Shown one piece after another: positions 1 to 14,529 of a DNA stretch of 64,000 bases (position 1 is its first letter; each line of letters opens with the position of its first letter). This DNA comes from Selaginella moellendorffii (Eukaryota; Plantae; Lycopodiophyta). The translations under genes were made by a program, and so were the position numbers. Location of the stretch: positions 1,068,268 through 1,132,267 of the forward strand of contig NW_003314326.1 in assembly GCF_000143415.4 (NCBI RefSeq). Direction: 5' to 3'. The notes below the pieces were generated by a model that made no database searches, had not been told where the DNA came from, and saw nothing but the letters and a program-made list of their open reading frames with translations.

Positions 1-1400
1 TCTCTAGTAGCAAGATCCAAAATCTCATATATAGGGAGCTCTAGTTCAACTTCACTAGAGCCCTCAGCAAAAAAAGTATTATTATGTGGAGGTGAAGGTG
101 GAATATTGGTAGAACTTGGGGATGAAGGTGGAGATTGATATAAAATGTTAAAGGGCCAAATATGAACAGCAGTGACTTTCTTTCGAACCATTTTAATACA
201 AATTTCCAAAGAGCTCAAGGAGAATAAAAAAACTATGATGACTATAACTTTTCTAGATAGTTTATATACTAAGTTTTAGTCTTGGGAATGAGGTTTATTT
301 ATTATGACACTGACAATACTCAGATTCTTTAAATGTCAGTCTTGGAAATGGGGCTTCATAATCATAAATTGATTGTAAATATAAGAGCTTCTAAAATTTT
401 AGATTATTGTGTATACACATACTCTATTATTATGATGAAATCCTACTTTACTACATATATATTCTTTTCTACATATGCCAAATGTCTAGGGAAATAGACT
501 ACAAAGAAATATAGACCACATTATAGTAGTAGAGCATGTTGATACATAGCCATTTTCTCATATGAGATTGCCTTTCAATCTTAGAAATATAGATAAAGTT
601 AATTCTTTGATGTGATATTACTTTTGAGTCTTTTGAAATATTTTGATTTCTTTTATTATTATTCACAAACAACTCCTGAAAACTTTTAATGAGGATTCAC
701 TATAAAAATATACTTTGGTCTTATCATATGAGAGGATTGCGATATAGGCAAGCAACAGAGTTTTTAATATGAATTACAAATGTTATGGAAAGTTTTATAG
801 AGTAGATTTCTTGGTGCTTTCTGCCGTGCTATTCATTTCTTCATTTCTCTTACTCTAGACTATTATTTCAGAAGTAATAAAAGCATTTTTATCAATCGTG
901 ATAGTGGTTTTTACATTCCCAAATGGGTAATAAAGATTAGGAGTGTAATATAAAAACTGTGGTAATGCAACAAAATTAACATTCTCACATTCATTTGCAC
1001 TACAACTCTTACTCATAGATCTTGTATTTTCCTTGCTTCCCATCTTCTCAAGAACCCTAAAAAATCTTTTGAATGAAGGAATATTATCTATAGCTGTAAA
1101 AGTATTCAAAATATTAAGTAGTCAAATCAAAATATGACAGCTATAATAGTAGTCATAATAAAATAATATAGGTTTACAAAAGATAGGTTTTTATGACCTT
1201 TGTCTTTTTTAAACAATTCAGTCTTATAGAAACTTTTAACTCAAATATTTACATATTTAAATATTTTAAAGTTTGCTAGAATCTTCATTTATTCAATTTA
1301 GATTTCCTTTGTAATACTTTTAATTGACTATGTTGACTTGAGTTGACTTGTGCTGAATTGAACTCTACTTATGAACTCAACTCAACTTTGAACCATCCCC
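1..1400 (-). repeat. Decayed copy of an unclassified dispersed element, inverted homologue of 33106-35260; carries a small ORF remnant (about 790-1043)
   Basis: 1325-1400 is the reverse complement of 33106-33185 (GGGGATGG...gagttgag...gtcaacatagtcaa). ORF 855-1109 (MGSKEN...NFVALPQFLYYTP...TIDKNAFITSE) aligns to ORF 33492-33839. 88-140 matches 34372-34435. Confidence 0.7.
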
Positions 1401-1441
1401 TATCCCTACTATACTTTTAGAATACCTTGCGGCACCCCCTC

Positions 1442-1843
1442 TATAGCACACCCTATCTTTCTCCCCTTAAACTAACTGGGACTATCTTTCTACTGCAGTC
1501 CCATGGTGGATACCTTCGTCTGTGGATACTCCACACAAGAGGAAGGACAAACGCATGGATGTCCAATACGTACGATTTCAAATTTAGGGGTAGGAATATA
1601 CCTTGTTTAAGGGTATATTATATTTTTAAGTAGCCATTAATCAATGAGAATCGAACCCGTGCCATTTTCTCTGATACCACATGTAGCACACCTTATCTCT
1701 TTCCTCTTAAGCCAACTTGAAAAGGGGCAATTGCTTGATGAAAGAGCCCTTAGTGGTTATTTTATCCTCATTTATCCCCCAAGGTTCCAAGGATCTATGG
1801 TGACAGTATATTCAAATCTCATCCCATAATCACATGTGCTACA
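1442..1843 (-). mobile_element. TRIM-like short-LTR retroelement (162-bp LTR 1682-1843, PBS-Met, short internal region)
   Basis: LTR bounded by TGTAGCACA...TGTGCTACA, with adjacent ctctgatacca (reverse complement of the tRNA-Met PBS). Homologous copies at about 55290-55638 and partially at 47285-47421. Confidence 0.65.
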
Positions 1844-1849
1844 CCCTCC

Positions 1850-2216
1850 GATTGGGACAAACATTTTAGGCTTTCACCCCATGATATGTATTAGTATTTG
1901 GACTCAGTTTCGGACTCGATTTTGGACTTAAACCTCAGACTTTGTCTTGGACTTGATCTTGGACTCAATCTCAAACCTGGCCTCAGACTTGGTCTCGAAC
2001 TCGACCTCAGACCTGATTTTAGATCTCGGACTTGGTCTCGAACTTGGTCCTAGACTCAGTCTTGAACTTAGTCTCAGACTTGATCTCAAACTCAGTCTCG
2101 GAGTCGGTCTTGGACTTGATTTCAAACTTGGTTTCATGCGATGGACTATTTATCATTTCAATTATGGTTTTAGGAATCCTTTAGCCTATGACACCTTGGG
2201 GAGTTGGTTCCTTACA
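1850..2216 (-). repeat. Fragment of the family-B LTR (5' end), with degenerate GAGTCC/GAGACC 6-12-bp tandem repeats
   Basis: 2170-2216 is the reverse complement of the LTR start at 30143 (TGTAAGGAACCAACTCC...GGCTAAAGGATTCC). The repeat tract 1900-2135 mirrors 30225-30490. Confidence 0.75.
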
Positions 2217-2229
2217 CAATAAAACCAGT

Positions 2230-2410
2230 TTGGCCAAGAAAGACCAGTGTGACCAAGAAAAACTAGTCTGACCAAGAAAGACCAGTGTGACCAAGAAAAA
2301 CTAGTCTGACCAAGAAAGACCAGTGTGACCAAGAAAAACTAGTCTGACCAAGAAAGACCAGTATGACCAAGAAAAACTAGTCTGACCAAGAAAGACCAGT
2401 GTGACCAAGG
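2230..2410. repeat. Minisatellite with 38-bp period made of two alternating 19-bp monomers (gaccaagaaagaccagtgt / gaccaagaaaaactagtct)
   Basis: Directly visible tandem array. It runs into sequence homologous to the family-C LTR (reverse complement of 52500-52590). Confidence 0.9.
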
Positions 2411-3570
2411 AAAGCTATACCCATGTTATGGGTGATGATATTACCATTGAGGAGTCCAAAACTAAAGTGAATACAGATGGATGAATAAAATAATTTAGTG
2501 AAGTGTTCAAAAGTTGGTTTTAGCTCCTTCAGAAAATCAAGTGGTTGATACTCCCAATCTATCTGTGGGTGGCACTACCTACTTAGATACCTAGCATAGC
2601 TTAGTAGAACCTTGCTCTAGCCACATGGCTATGGCACCCGAAGGCAAAGGGTGAGGAAAGTACCCACAAGACCTGCATAGGGCCAATGATTCTATGTTGC
2701 TTGGTACAATACTCAAAAAATAAAAGCAAAAGGCTTATAATTGAGAATAAGCCTTAGAAGTTGCTAAAGGGAATTTAACTAAAGGTTGGGAAGGAACCAA
2801 CATGTGGTGGATACTAAAGGATTATGGGAAAAGTAATAAGTTTCCAAGGGATAGGATTCCTAAATGCTCCAATTTTATAAAAAGAAAAGTCTCCAAAAAA
2901 TAGGGCCAAGGCAAGGTAACAAATGATAGGGTCATGGATAAATTATGGATAAGTGGAATTTAGTACCTAGATAAAGAGAGGATAATTATGTCCTTAACTT
3001 AGGATGGAAAAATGGAATTTGCACAATACATGCAATAGAAAATGTCAGAGACAAACTCAAGAAGTCAATATTAAGGTTTTAAAGTGTTATAGTTATGTTA
3101 ATAGGAGTCGAGACTACTCCAAAATGAGTAATAAGATTGGGATAAAGATGGTGTTTCTAATGAGTCTAGTAAGAATTAAACCAAAAAAGGGAGAGAACCA
3201 TTACAAGTGATTTAATAAGTTTTTAAATTGGAGAGATTGTATTCCTTAGAGGATGTGCAAGATATGGTGATCTTTTAGTGTTAAACTATTGACAAATAGT
3301 GGCTTGGTGCAAAGGATAAAAATAGTAATCCATGATAGAGTTACTTTATAAAAAGTTTTATTACTTGATAAGGACATCAAATTTAGTTTATGGGTGGTGG
3401 AGTCACAAATCTCTAAGTCTCAAAATAGGGGCAAAAAGAGTGCCATATAGTAGTGGTTGAGTGTAACATGTTTAGACTAAAAGCTCTAACTTGGAAAGTT
3501 AAGTGGGAGTGGAACTCCCAAAGAAATATTTAAGGAATGAGCACGAAATAATTATTAAATGAGTCTTTAG
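2410..3570 (+). mobile_element. Decayed fragments of family-C LTR retrotransposon
   Basis: 2407-2480 matches the reverse complement of 52495-52565. 3460-3545 matches the reverse complement of 53195-53280. Confidence 0.55.
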
Positions 3571-6500
3571 AAGACTTTAAAATGGTGTTGCTTAATTGAG
3601 GATCAAGTCATTGTAATTTTCATATCATATCTATGCAATTGTGTGTTTATGAAGTTGTTTAGTCAAATAATGATCAACCCCAAAGTACTTAATGGTGAAG
3701 CTAATCTACTTGTATGTAGTGGCATTGTAGTAACTTCAACTGAGTTCTCAAAAGTGATCCACTATGTAAGTTGGTGATTTTACCTTGGTTCTTTGAAAGT
3801 TTGCTAATTAGGTTTTGGAAAGGGTTGTAGTATTTCATTTGCTATAACTTTTTGATGAATTCATTGGCACTTGGAGTAGTTTTTTGGAAGGAAAAACTAT
3901 GTAGTTCATACTAGATTTATTAAAGAAGAGTGTTAGTGCAATATAGATATATTGCAATATTTCCAATTGCCAATCCACTTTAGCTTTGTCCCCCAAGATG
4001 CAAGAGGAACCTTTCTAGATGTACATCTTGATGAACTGATTCATTTTGTAGATCATCTATTGATCCAGGTTTTAGCATGATGCCAAAAACCTCTTTGTCA
4101 TGGACTACAATGCTTTAGGAGCCTCCTCATAGGAGAAGTCTGTCATCTTGGGATGGCCATGGTTAGGTGTAGTGCTTTGTGTTTTTGACTTCAAGTACTG
4201 GCAACTACAGAATTAGAGAGGTAATAATTCTCAATGCTAAAGGGTAGGCCTTGGCATCTCAGGACATGGCTAAGGCCACACTAGCACCGTTAAAGTCCTC
4301 TCCATAATGATCTGTTGCTTTTTCATCAATTGTTAACATGATGATGGAGTCTTAGTTTTTGCGATGTAGCATGATTCATTTTCTACACACAAACTGGACA
4401 ATCTTGTCCCTCAACTTCTCCTCCATCCACTCTCCATCACCATGCTCACTTGGGCTTAAGGAAGAAAAATATCCAGACAAGATTCTCAAGATTCAAAAAA
4501 TGCCTAACTTGGAAGAGAACATAGTTTTCATGGTGCATTTGGAGAGAGACTTTCTTGAGACAGATCCTATTGTAGAGACACAAGAGGAAACTCCACAACA
4601 CATTCTCACACAGTCAAAAGTATTAGATCTAGTTCTTCCTGGCTTAGAGATTTCATACAACTCTATCGACGGGAGTGAAATCCGCATGAGTTTTTGGGTA
4701 GAAGCAATAACTCCTATGCTTGTGGAGCACAAGGCCCATCTAGATGCAGCCTTGGCCACCATATGAGACCACTTCACTTGAGATTGATGTAGTGTCACCT
4801 GCATTGGTGTTGCCAAGGGAGTTTGCAGCTATGGAGCATGATTTCTTTTCCTCCCTTGGAATTGATATCCACCAGGAAGTCTATGATGTTGTATTAACCA
4901 TGACTCTATAGGAAAATCTCCAAATCACATATACTTTATCGTGTGACCTTGCGAGTGATGATGAGCAACAACTCTAGAGGTTGTTTCTAGCCACAACTTT
5001 TTCTCTGGACCATCTCTAGCCCTCCACCATAGTCCACAACACTTTGACACAATAGATGGACAAGGTCCATATAGGCTAAAAGGTTACAAATTATCTATTT
5101 GCCAAAGGTGGCAAAAGCATCACCTTTTCTCCACCACCATCTTGGCTCTTTTCAGAAGTTTTTCCAGCCTTGGGACATCATACTAGACTTCCCCAGCCAT
5201 AGGATACTAGCTGTGGCATCACCCACAGTGATCATGGCATCTTTTGTGGCCACTGACACTTCACTTGACCATCAAATTCTTGTGAACACTTTTGATTGAG
5301 TTCACTACTTTAGAGACACTTTTTTCCATGCTCTAGAGGCTCCATAGGTGACCACATACAACCAAGCTCTAGATTTCATCACTTTGGGCTTACACAACAT
5401 TACACATTAGAGGGTGACATGGCCAGCTTTTGCATCATCCCTAACCTCCTTCAAAACTCTTTATGACCTCCTACCACAAGCTCAATCATTGGGAGAGAGT
5501 TCCCCAAATTTCTTATTTTTCCTGGGTTTTGTTTTGCATGGTTTTACTCCATCCAACATCATCATCGCTCTCTATCACTCACAATCACAATTCATTCATT
5601 TTGCTACTTGCTACAGCATTGTTTACCACTCACTACAATTGCCTAGTTCACATTTCTTCACTTTTTTGACTATGGACATATAGTCTTGAGGATCCCATTA
5701 CATCATTCTATTCCCGCTAATCATACGCAAATGAGGCATTACAAAGCTGCAAAATCTGATGTGTCAAACTCAAGCTATGATGTAGACTATCTCGATGTAG
5801 CAAGTATGGGCAAATCTAAGACACTTAGTAGCTGATTTTTAAGAGCTGGTTGAACTTAATGCACATAGGAGACCAGGGATTACTTTGGGTAGATGTTTTA
5901 CCCGATCCCACATTTCTACAACAACAGAAAACAATGATCCTAGCAGATGTTTGCAAAGACTGCAAGCCTTTTCTTCTTTCGCAACGAGCACACATGTTGC
6001 CAACCACTTCTACCATATTCACAGGCTACTAAATCCCCTCCACTATCACTCCATTTAAATCAGCCATCACTATCTTCCACTATTCATCTATTAGGTTGTT
6101 GTCTTCCACCACTTCTGCAGTTGCCATTCCCAGGTAACACATTCCCTCCCATCATTTCATTCCCTTGCACCTTTGAGAGTAGTTTGGCTATGTTTGAGAC
6201 ACTTTCCAGAGGTGAAAACGTTTAAGTTGGAGTCCAGGTAAGTGGTTCTCCTATTTGATTTCATATCTTTATCTTCTTTTTCTATTTTTCCTTTTCTTTT
6301 CTCCTTTTCTTCTCTTTTCTTTGTTTCATATTCACTTTGTTTTTCTCCACTTTGTCTCCTTTTGTTCTAGTGTTTAGTTCTTTTGTCAAGTTTTTCCATA
6401 TGGTTTTCCCTTGACTCCAAAACTTCACACTCTCTTTCTTCTTCTTTTTCTCTTTCCTTTGCTTTTCTTTGGTCTCTTCTTACAGAAGTGGTCAACATAG

Positions 6501-7077
6501 GGCATCACCTTGGAGTTTTCATTAACACTTTGGCCGTGGGTTCTCATGCATGGTGAAGCTAATGCATTCCCTTGTGATTGCCTATTAGGAGATGGCTTAA
6601 AGCTTTGAGTGAGATTCCTTAGAATATTCTAGAAGCATGAGATGTTGGGTGCAAATGTATGTCCCCTTCTTCCCCATTTTTAGGGTAGGGAGTTCATACA
6701 AGAGAAATGTTTGACCAAGATTTCAAAGTATGAAAGAGTGTTCTCCCTATCGTTGAAAGGCTTCCCTCTCAACAATTACTTGTAGAATTCATTGAGGACT
6801 ATTAGCATTTTACTTAACTTGATCATGATTTAACAATGATGGATTTGCTTTACCAGATAGTGTTGTGGAGGATTTTGCTGTTAAACTTACATGATTTTTC
6901 CATGTTAACATATTGTTTCTACCTCTGTCAATATCATTTAGTTGCGTTTAGTCTATGGTTGGATTTCATTAAGTCTTGGATGTGGTGATTCAATATTTAA
7001 TTATGTGATATCTATAACTGAGTATTATTGAAGGATTGGTTTTAAATACTAGATATAGTATTTTCAACCTTGGTTAG

Positions 7078-8003
7078 TGTAGCGCACCTGAATTTGAAGC
7101 CAAACTCCAAGCCTGTAACACTACAAAATAAGGGTCCAGTACAATCCCACAAGCACCAGCTCCTCGTATCTAACATCTATATGCAAAATGGTATCAGACA
7201 GTGTCTAGCACAATTTTTGGCATACCTGTGGTCTAACGCAAGGAGGAGAGTACCCCACTGACTATAGCAGTGTGGAGCTTTGGCTTAGACCCAAGCCAGA
7301 CATAGAACAAAGAGCGACACAGCCCAATAAAAGTCAAATTAATGTCTCAAGTGGTCGAACATGCATTCTAACCACTATCTCTACTATAAATTTGGAACCC
7401 CCCTATAGTGCCCACCCCCCCCCCCCCCCCAAAGAACACACGCTTTGGGCTTTCACTCTAAGCTTCCCTTAGTATCAGGAGTTAATCTCTAGGACTAACT
7501 CAAAATTTACTAAATACGGAATGGCACTAGATTGTGAATTTAGACACAGGACGAACAACATTGTGTTTAGGCCAATATCTACATTCCATAGATATGCCAA
7601 ATTAACAAATCTAGACACTTTCCATAATTAACTAATGGAATGAAATGAGACCAATACAAAGGGCATGATAGCGAGGGTATTTAGCAGACACAGTAAGCTA
7701 TTATGTAACGATATTGAGGGACTAAACTCAATATGGAGGGGATTCCCAACACTAACAAGTGCAAGTCAATGAATGAATTTCTCTAACTAAGTCAAGTATG
7801 CTTGACAAATAGCATTTAGGAATTCCATCCTTATGCTCATCTGGTCAAGTGCACATACGATGACCAGTTTCTCAACTAATTTGGGTGGAGGCTATAAAAA
7901 GAACTAGCAGTACCGACCTCTTGTCATCGTGGCAGTAAGGAAAGCGTGCCTGTAAAGACTGACCAATAAGTATCTTTCGATACCCAAAGTCACATTTGCG
8001 ACA
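7078..8003 (-). repeat. 3' LTR of Gypsy A
   Basis: TGTAGC...GCGACA termini, PPT adjacent, colinear with 31058-31871. Confidence 0.8.
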
Positions 8004-8599
8004 TTTTCCCCCCTTTAGGGAAGATCAATGTCCTCGTCGATGCACACCTGAGTCTAGCAAACCGTCAAGGAAACAATTCCAAAAGTTAACGGAAAGCACA
8101 CTATATGGGAAACACACTGACTTAAATGAGTTATGGAACTACCTCTCCTCTATGTCCAAAGATGTTAAGACCTAGACACCCTTCAGTAGTCACTAATAAG
8201 GAAGCGACTAATGGAGTTAACCACCCTTGTTGCTCCGAGTACCACTCGGCTTACAAAGGAATGATACATCCCTGTCCGCAAAGATATAGGGAGAAAGCCA
8301 GAGGCCCAACTTCCCCTGAGCAAGAAATCAACCCCGTCAGAAAGATTTAGACAACTATTATAAACTGGTAGGTTAAGTTATTTAAATGACCACACCCCTT
8401 TGTCAAAAATGAGTCATTGAGAGAGAGGCAAGGACTTGTGATCAGTTTATAATAATTATCCCTATGGGTATGGATTGAACCCATGTAGCAAAGTGCCGAA
8501 GTTAGCCTACCAAAACTAACCCAAGTACTAACGAATGAGAGAAATGAAACTTTAATTTATAGAAATATATATATTACTTTATTGATTTGTAAGATTTAT

Positions 8600-11550
8600 T
8601 ACAAAATTTACAAAGCTATTTTTTATTACTATCCTTATACTCCACCTTCCATACTAGACCAAAATCCCTTTCTCAATGAAGTAAGAGTCTTTCTTTTTCC
8701 ACCATGTCCTGTTGTTGGAACATCATGATATTCCTGCAAAAACAATTGTTGTAGATCCTTAGAGGGAAAATACAATCTTTCTTGCTTATAGAATATAAAC
8801 CTATCCTAAATTGAGAAGTGAAGCTTTGCATTGGTTCAACTAGTAGCAACTTTTGCCACTTCGCTACTAGTGTCCTGCTTTGACAACTCTGCGACAGTGC
8901 AAGATTGCCTTTGCCAATGGATCACTTCCATATGAAGCCCGAACATCTTCCAACTAATCCAAACTGATTGTTGATATTGCCCGAAACTAAGCCTGACAAC
9001 TCAATGTATCCAGAACAATATTGTCTTTACCAAGTTTATATATGATTTCAATATTGAATCTAGCGAGCTTCTCTTGCCAACGAGTTTGCTTCAGCATAAG
9101 CTTTGGCTATATAGCAAAGTAGCTCAGTTTATTACTATTCATATAAACCTTGGTATGTCCACATAAATAATGTCTCCAATGTTCCAAAGTTGACACTATA
9201 ACAAACATCTCTTTCTCGTGCATTGCCCATTTGTGTTGGGTTTCGTCCAATTTCTTAGAGTAAAATGCAATGGGACAACCATATCACTTTAGCGTAATAC
9301 TAATTGCTTTGTCACAATCTTGCTACAACACAGCAAAAATAGCATAGCTAGATGCATCACAATGCACTTCAAAGGGTTTATTAAGATTTGGGATCCTGAG
9401 AACAGGAACCATAGTCAAGATCTCCTTCAATAGTACAAAAGCACACTGACAAGCTAGTGTCCAATGAAATGGTATACTACTCTTTGTTAACTCAATCAAC
9501 AAAATAGCAATTCTTGCAAAATTGTGAACAAATTTGCGATAGTATCTTGCTAAACCAAAAAAGGAACGAACATTTGATACAGTGGTCAAAACTTCCCAAG
9601 ACTTCACCACTTCCACCTTCTTTGGATCCACCTCAATCACGCTACCACCAACTATATGCCCAAGAAAATTCATGCACAATTGTCCAAAACCGCATTTACT
9701 TTCCTTAGCATACAATTTGTGTTTACACAACTTTTGAAACACCAGCTCCAAGTGTTTCAAATGATCCTCTAACATTTCACTAAAAATTAGAACATCGTTA
9801 ATATATAGGACAACAAATGTGTCCAAATAATTTCTGAATATTCTATCCATCATAGTGCTGAATGTTGCCGGAGCATTACATAACCCAAACGGCATGATAA
9901 AGAACTCATAAGACCTGTACCAAGTCTTAAAAGCTATCATCTCCACATCTTGATCTGCTACATGTATCTAATGATACCCAAATCGCAAATCAAGCCGCGT
10001 AAAATACTTAGCTTTTAAGAGATTGTCAAACATGTCATCAATGCGAGGCAAAGGATAACTATTTTTTACCATGACCTTGTTAAGTGCCTGATAGTCAATA
10101 TACATCCTTATGGTTCCATCCTTTTTCATAAGAAAAAAGTCTGGCACTCTATAAGGTGACTTGCCTGGTCAGACATGACCTTTGTCAAGAAGCTCCGTGA
10201 GTTGCTTCTTAAGTTCAGCCATTTCCTTGATGTTTAAACGATATGGAGCAGTTTTGCAAGTGGTTTAGAACCTGGAATGACCTCAATCCAATGATCAAAC
10301 TCACAACTAGGTGGTAGCCCTGGTGGTAAATCCTTCGGAAACATATCCTGATTCCTTGCCAACAACTCCAATATCTTCTTTGGTACAGGATCAACCCCAT
10401 CGCCAATTCGAATTGAGTCACCAACACTCTCAGCTTCCATCACTTGAACCCAAAAGGTTTGACATCCCTTTTTAGCTGCTTTTTGAGTGGCTCTTACAGT
10501 CAGGAACTTAGCATCCCAATCCTTTGAGGAGCGCTTTTGCAACTGGAAGGACACATTAAGATGTCCTTCTAATTTCAATGTGATACGACTTTGTCTAGCA
10601 CCATAAATCCCTTTAATATATTTGTTGAAGAAATCTATACCAAACACCATTTGAAAATCTGGTATCTTTAACATTACTAAGTCCACTCTTTCTTTCCACT
10701 TGGATATTTTATTGGAACATCACTCACAAATTTTCTGGCTACTTGCCCACCTTCCGCAAATCGGAAGTGTATGGGTGACATCTGCTCAGCATTCAATCCT
10801 AACAACTTAACTAAGTCTTCAGATATCACACTGTTTGTAGCTCCCGTGTCAATCATCACTTGGATTTGGTGTCCACAGACAAAGCCTACTATATATATCA
10901 ATAGATCAGTATTTGCATTGATTGCGAGAAAAGCTTGAGGAAAGCAATGAAAGTAACTCATCTCCTTCTCCTCATAGTCTGCATTGACCAACTCATCAAC
11001 CCCTTCATCTTCACCACCACCGTCTTCCCTTATAACATTAATACAAGACCTTGTCTTATGTTTGTTGGGACATTCCAAGGATTTATGTTTAAACTCTCCA
11101 CAATAGAAGCAATAACCCACACTACCCATTTTGCTAGGAGTAGGTTTTGTAGGTTATTGATGCTTGTACTCACCAAGAAGAGGAATAGAGAGCCTAGAAC
11201 TAGAAAAAGCTACTGGTGGTCTCCAACCACCACCACCTTTGTTAACCATTGTGTGTGAGCTTCTAGGGCGGAACTGTCCTTTCACCCTTTGTTTCCGATC
11301 ACTTTGTTTATTCCCAAAATTCTTATTCTTGTCCAAGGTACTAGCATATGGCTGTTGATATTGTTCCATGAGCGAGTGATTAAAGGAACTTGTTGTGCTA
11401 CCTCCTTACACTCCAGGTACGTCTTTGGCTTAAACTTCAAAATCTCATTGTGAGAAAGTGAATTTAAACCCTCCAAAAAATAACTTCAAGCATCTTTGTC
11501 ACTTATATTTGCAATCATAATGTGCTTCTGAGCAAATGCATTAACGTAAG
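8600..11550 (-). pseudogene. Degenerate gag-pol of Gypsy A (zinc knuckle, aspartic protease, RT, RNase H, start of integrase)
   Basis: CFYCGEFKHKSLEC knuckle, MIDTGATNS protease, MPFGLCNAPATF and LYINDVL RT, CDASSYA RNase H. Multiple stops and frameshifts. Confidence 0.9.
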
Positions 11551-11956
11551 TAAGACTTGGGAATTAGAAGGTCCCATGATCAAATCTTATTGTACCAAGG
11601 AATGTTAGGAACCTGGAGGCTTGGTGTGCTTGGCTACTTGTGCCTGCGGGGAGTGTAGCTAAACCTTAAGTCCAATCTAATCCAGGGAGGGGGATTGGGA
11701 GAGATTTGGGAATTCGTGGATGGATGGCTAACGCTCCATTACTTGTGCAGTGAGTAGCTGAAACCAAGTAGGACCAAGTAGGAGTTGGTATAATAGGTGA
11801 GAACCTTGGCGAGGGAACTTAGCTAAAAGCTAAGATAGTGTTGATCGGATAGGCGAGGTAAGTTAGCAAATTTGAAAGGAAAAATTTGTGGCTTACAATT
11901 TGGTATTGGAGCTTTTTCCTGAGTTCTATCGAAAGATAAAGGTGGATTGCCGGGAG

Positions 11957-14088
11957 ATGGCAAAGGCAGGGCAGAAATGAACCAAGGCGGAGATGGAACC
12001 TCCTTCAGAGTTGGAGCCTTTGGTCGAACAAAAGGCTATGGATGAGGGATCCATGCATGAGGAAGATTCCAGTGAGGAAACCTTCAAACAGGAGTCTAGT
12101 GGTGAGGTTCAGTCATCCAAGGCTTGATTGGACATTCTAGAAAGACAATTGGCATAGACCAATGCCCTGCTGGAGACTCTCATACACAATCTAAAATGTG
12201 ACGAGAAGCGGAAGAAAAGGCAAAAGACTACGGATGCTAGCAACACAGAAGGTGCGGACCCTTTGGTAGGGACTGAGGCAGAACCAAACAAGGTCAAACA
12301 GACCAAAGTGGAATCAGTCCCTCAGGCAGTTCCCAAGTACAAACTAAAGACCCCACCGGTCTTCAAGGGAGTGAATGATTATAAGGTGGTGGAGGATTTG
12401 TTTTACGATATGAAGGACTACTTTCGAGCATTGCAGTTACCGAGCTTGGAAAAGGTCTTATGTGCAAGACCATACTTGGCAGATAATGCCAAGTCTTGGT
12501 GGAGAACGATAGAGGCTAACGAAGGACTAGTGGCCACTTGGGAAATGATAAAGGTGAGGATCCGCGCAACTTATGTTCCTCCGAATGCTACTCTGCATCT
12601 AAAGGATGAGCTGAGTAGGCTGAAATAAACTAGAACCATTCAAGAATATGTGAATGGGTTTATGGCAAAAAGGATACTTGTCACAGATATGGGTGATATG
12701 GATGCGTTCTATGCCTTCATATCAGGCTTGCAAACCTGGGCTCGCAGCGAGGTGATGCGTTGGAACCCGACCAACTACAAGGAAGCGTTGGATGTGGCTA
12801 TCAAGGTGCATTTCAATGATAACCTGCGAAAGAGGAACATAACGGGGTCGGAGTCCACGTTTAGCAAAGGGGCCAAACCAAGGGGAACATATAGCATAGG
12901 GAAATTCAAGAGGAGTTTCTCTAAGAATGAGTCCTCGGGTCGGGGTTCAGGAAAGGCAAATCCAGTGGCCAGTGAGCAAGTACGTGGGGGAGTCAAGTAA
13001 AAAGAGACAAACCCACAATTAAGAAGGTCAAGTTTGTTAGTAGTATGGGAAACAACATATGCTACAACTGCGGTGAAGCGGGACACTTTTCGAGGGAATG
13101 TCCCTACCCAAAGAAAGCCAGAGCCAATATGGCCATTAAGTCGGGTGAAATTCAAATTGAGGTATGTGATCTAGTCCCTAGCTCAAAGTTATTCATTACA
13201 CAAACAACTTTGGTAGAGAGTCATTCGGGACATCTACTAGCCCTCTGAGAGAAGCTTGGAGGCAGCTTTGTTAAGATCCTTATTGACACAGGTGCTTCGG
13301 ATAATTTTGTGGCTACAGACATAGTCCGGCAAGCCGGACTAACCGTGTAGTGGCTGGGTGAACCAAGGACGATAGAGTTTGTTCAAAGTAGCCAAAGCAC
13401 CGATGAGATACTTCAACAAGTGAAAGTCAAAGTAGAGACATGGAAAGTAGATATGAATTTCACCATGTTGGACATGGCGGTATTTAACGTAATCTTCGGG
13501 ATGGATTGGTTCAATCAATTTGTAGTAGCCCTGCATGGACAAAGTAGGAACCTTGTGGTACTGGCAAATGCCCGGGGAGAACAATCCAGAGTGGAAGCCT
13601 AGGATCTAAAGGTAGGGCAATATAAGGCCAAAGACTCCTACTTAAACCTGGTGTCCACGAGAGGACAATTCACTAAAGGAACGAAGGTAGCATTTTTATG
13701 CTTACTCTCAGTGAAGAGTGACAAAAAGACGGGAATGAAAGAAGTAAATTTAGTGATCCAACGGATGTTAGACCAATTTTAGGATACCATGCTAGAGGAG
13801 CTACCGGCAAGGTTGCCTCTCGCACAACCGATAGAACACAAGATTGAGCTGGTCGAGGGTGCTAAGGTGGTAGTTTGTCCCCCCTATTGTTTGAATGAAA
13901 AGGAACTCGAAGAGCTCAAGTGCCAACTAGAAGAGTTGGTGGACAAAGGGTATGTTAAGTTGAGCAAGTCACCGTATGGGGCGCCAATGTTATTTGTGAA
14001 AAAGAAAGATGGATCTATGCACATGTGCATAAACTATTGGTTGCTCAACAAGTATATAAAGAAGAACAAGTACCCTTTGCCAAGGATT
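11957..14088 (+). pseudogene. Gypsy B gag, protease and RT N-terminus (disrupted)
   Basis: Retrotransposon gag (YLADNAKSWW), CYNCGEAGHFSREC knuckle, ILIDTGASDNF protease, [16 protein letters not shown]...[10 protein letters not shown] start. In-frame stops. Confidence 0.9.
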
Positions 14089-14529
14089 AAGCTCTATTTC
14101 GTTAAAGTGGGAATTGTCATTATCCCACTTGTAAAATAAGGTTTCCAAACTTTTATATAGTATATAAATATAACAAAATTCAACTGCATTGAGGCACATG
14201 CCATTTTATTTTAAACAAAGAAATGTCTACTCAATCACTTCTCACTGCTTCACCTCTCTCTTCTCCTTGTCATCGTCGTCCAATTTCTTTCCATCCTTTT
14301 AATATTGGCTCAGTTGCTCCGAGTCTAGGTGGAGCCCAAGTCCCCATTCAATCTTTACTTTCCCCTTATTAATAAAACAACTTCGTAGACTTCCAATAAC
14401 ATGCTGTAACACGCTGTAACACTTCTAGTATAATGCAAATCCTCTCAAAGAATTGTCTTTTAATATTAATACAATGGCATGGAACCCCATGCCATAATAA
14501 GTTACATTTTTAAATAAATACATGCCATC

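Noticed and set aside
2230-2410. Regular short repeats resembling a CRISPR array
   Set aside because: No unique spacers, no cas genes and a eukaryotic context. It is a minisatellite expanded from LTR sequence.
3600-6230. ORFs 4359-4766, 4493-4816 and neighbours as genes
   Set aside because: No recognisable intact domains. Probably heavily decayed retroelement gag/protease sequence, but I cannot support a specific call.
14085-14092. TTAA target site (piggyBac/Sola3 type) at the left end
   Set aside because: The AA belongs to the TIR and the right end has no TTAA. The duplicated target is GATT.
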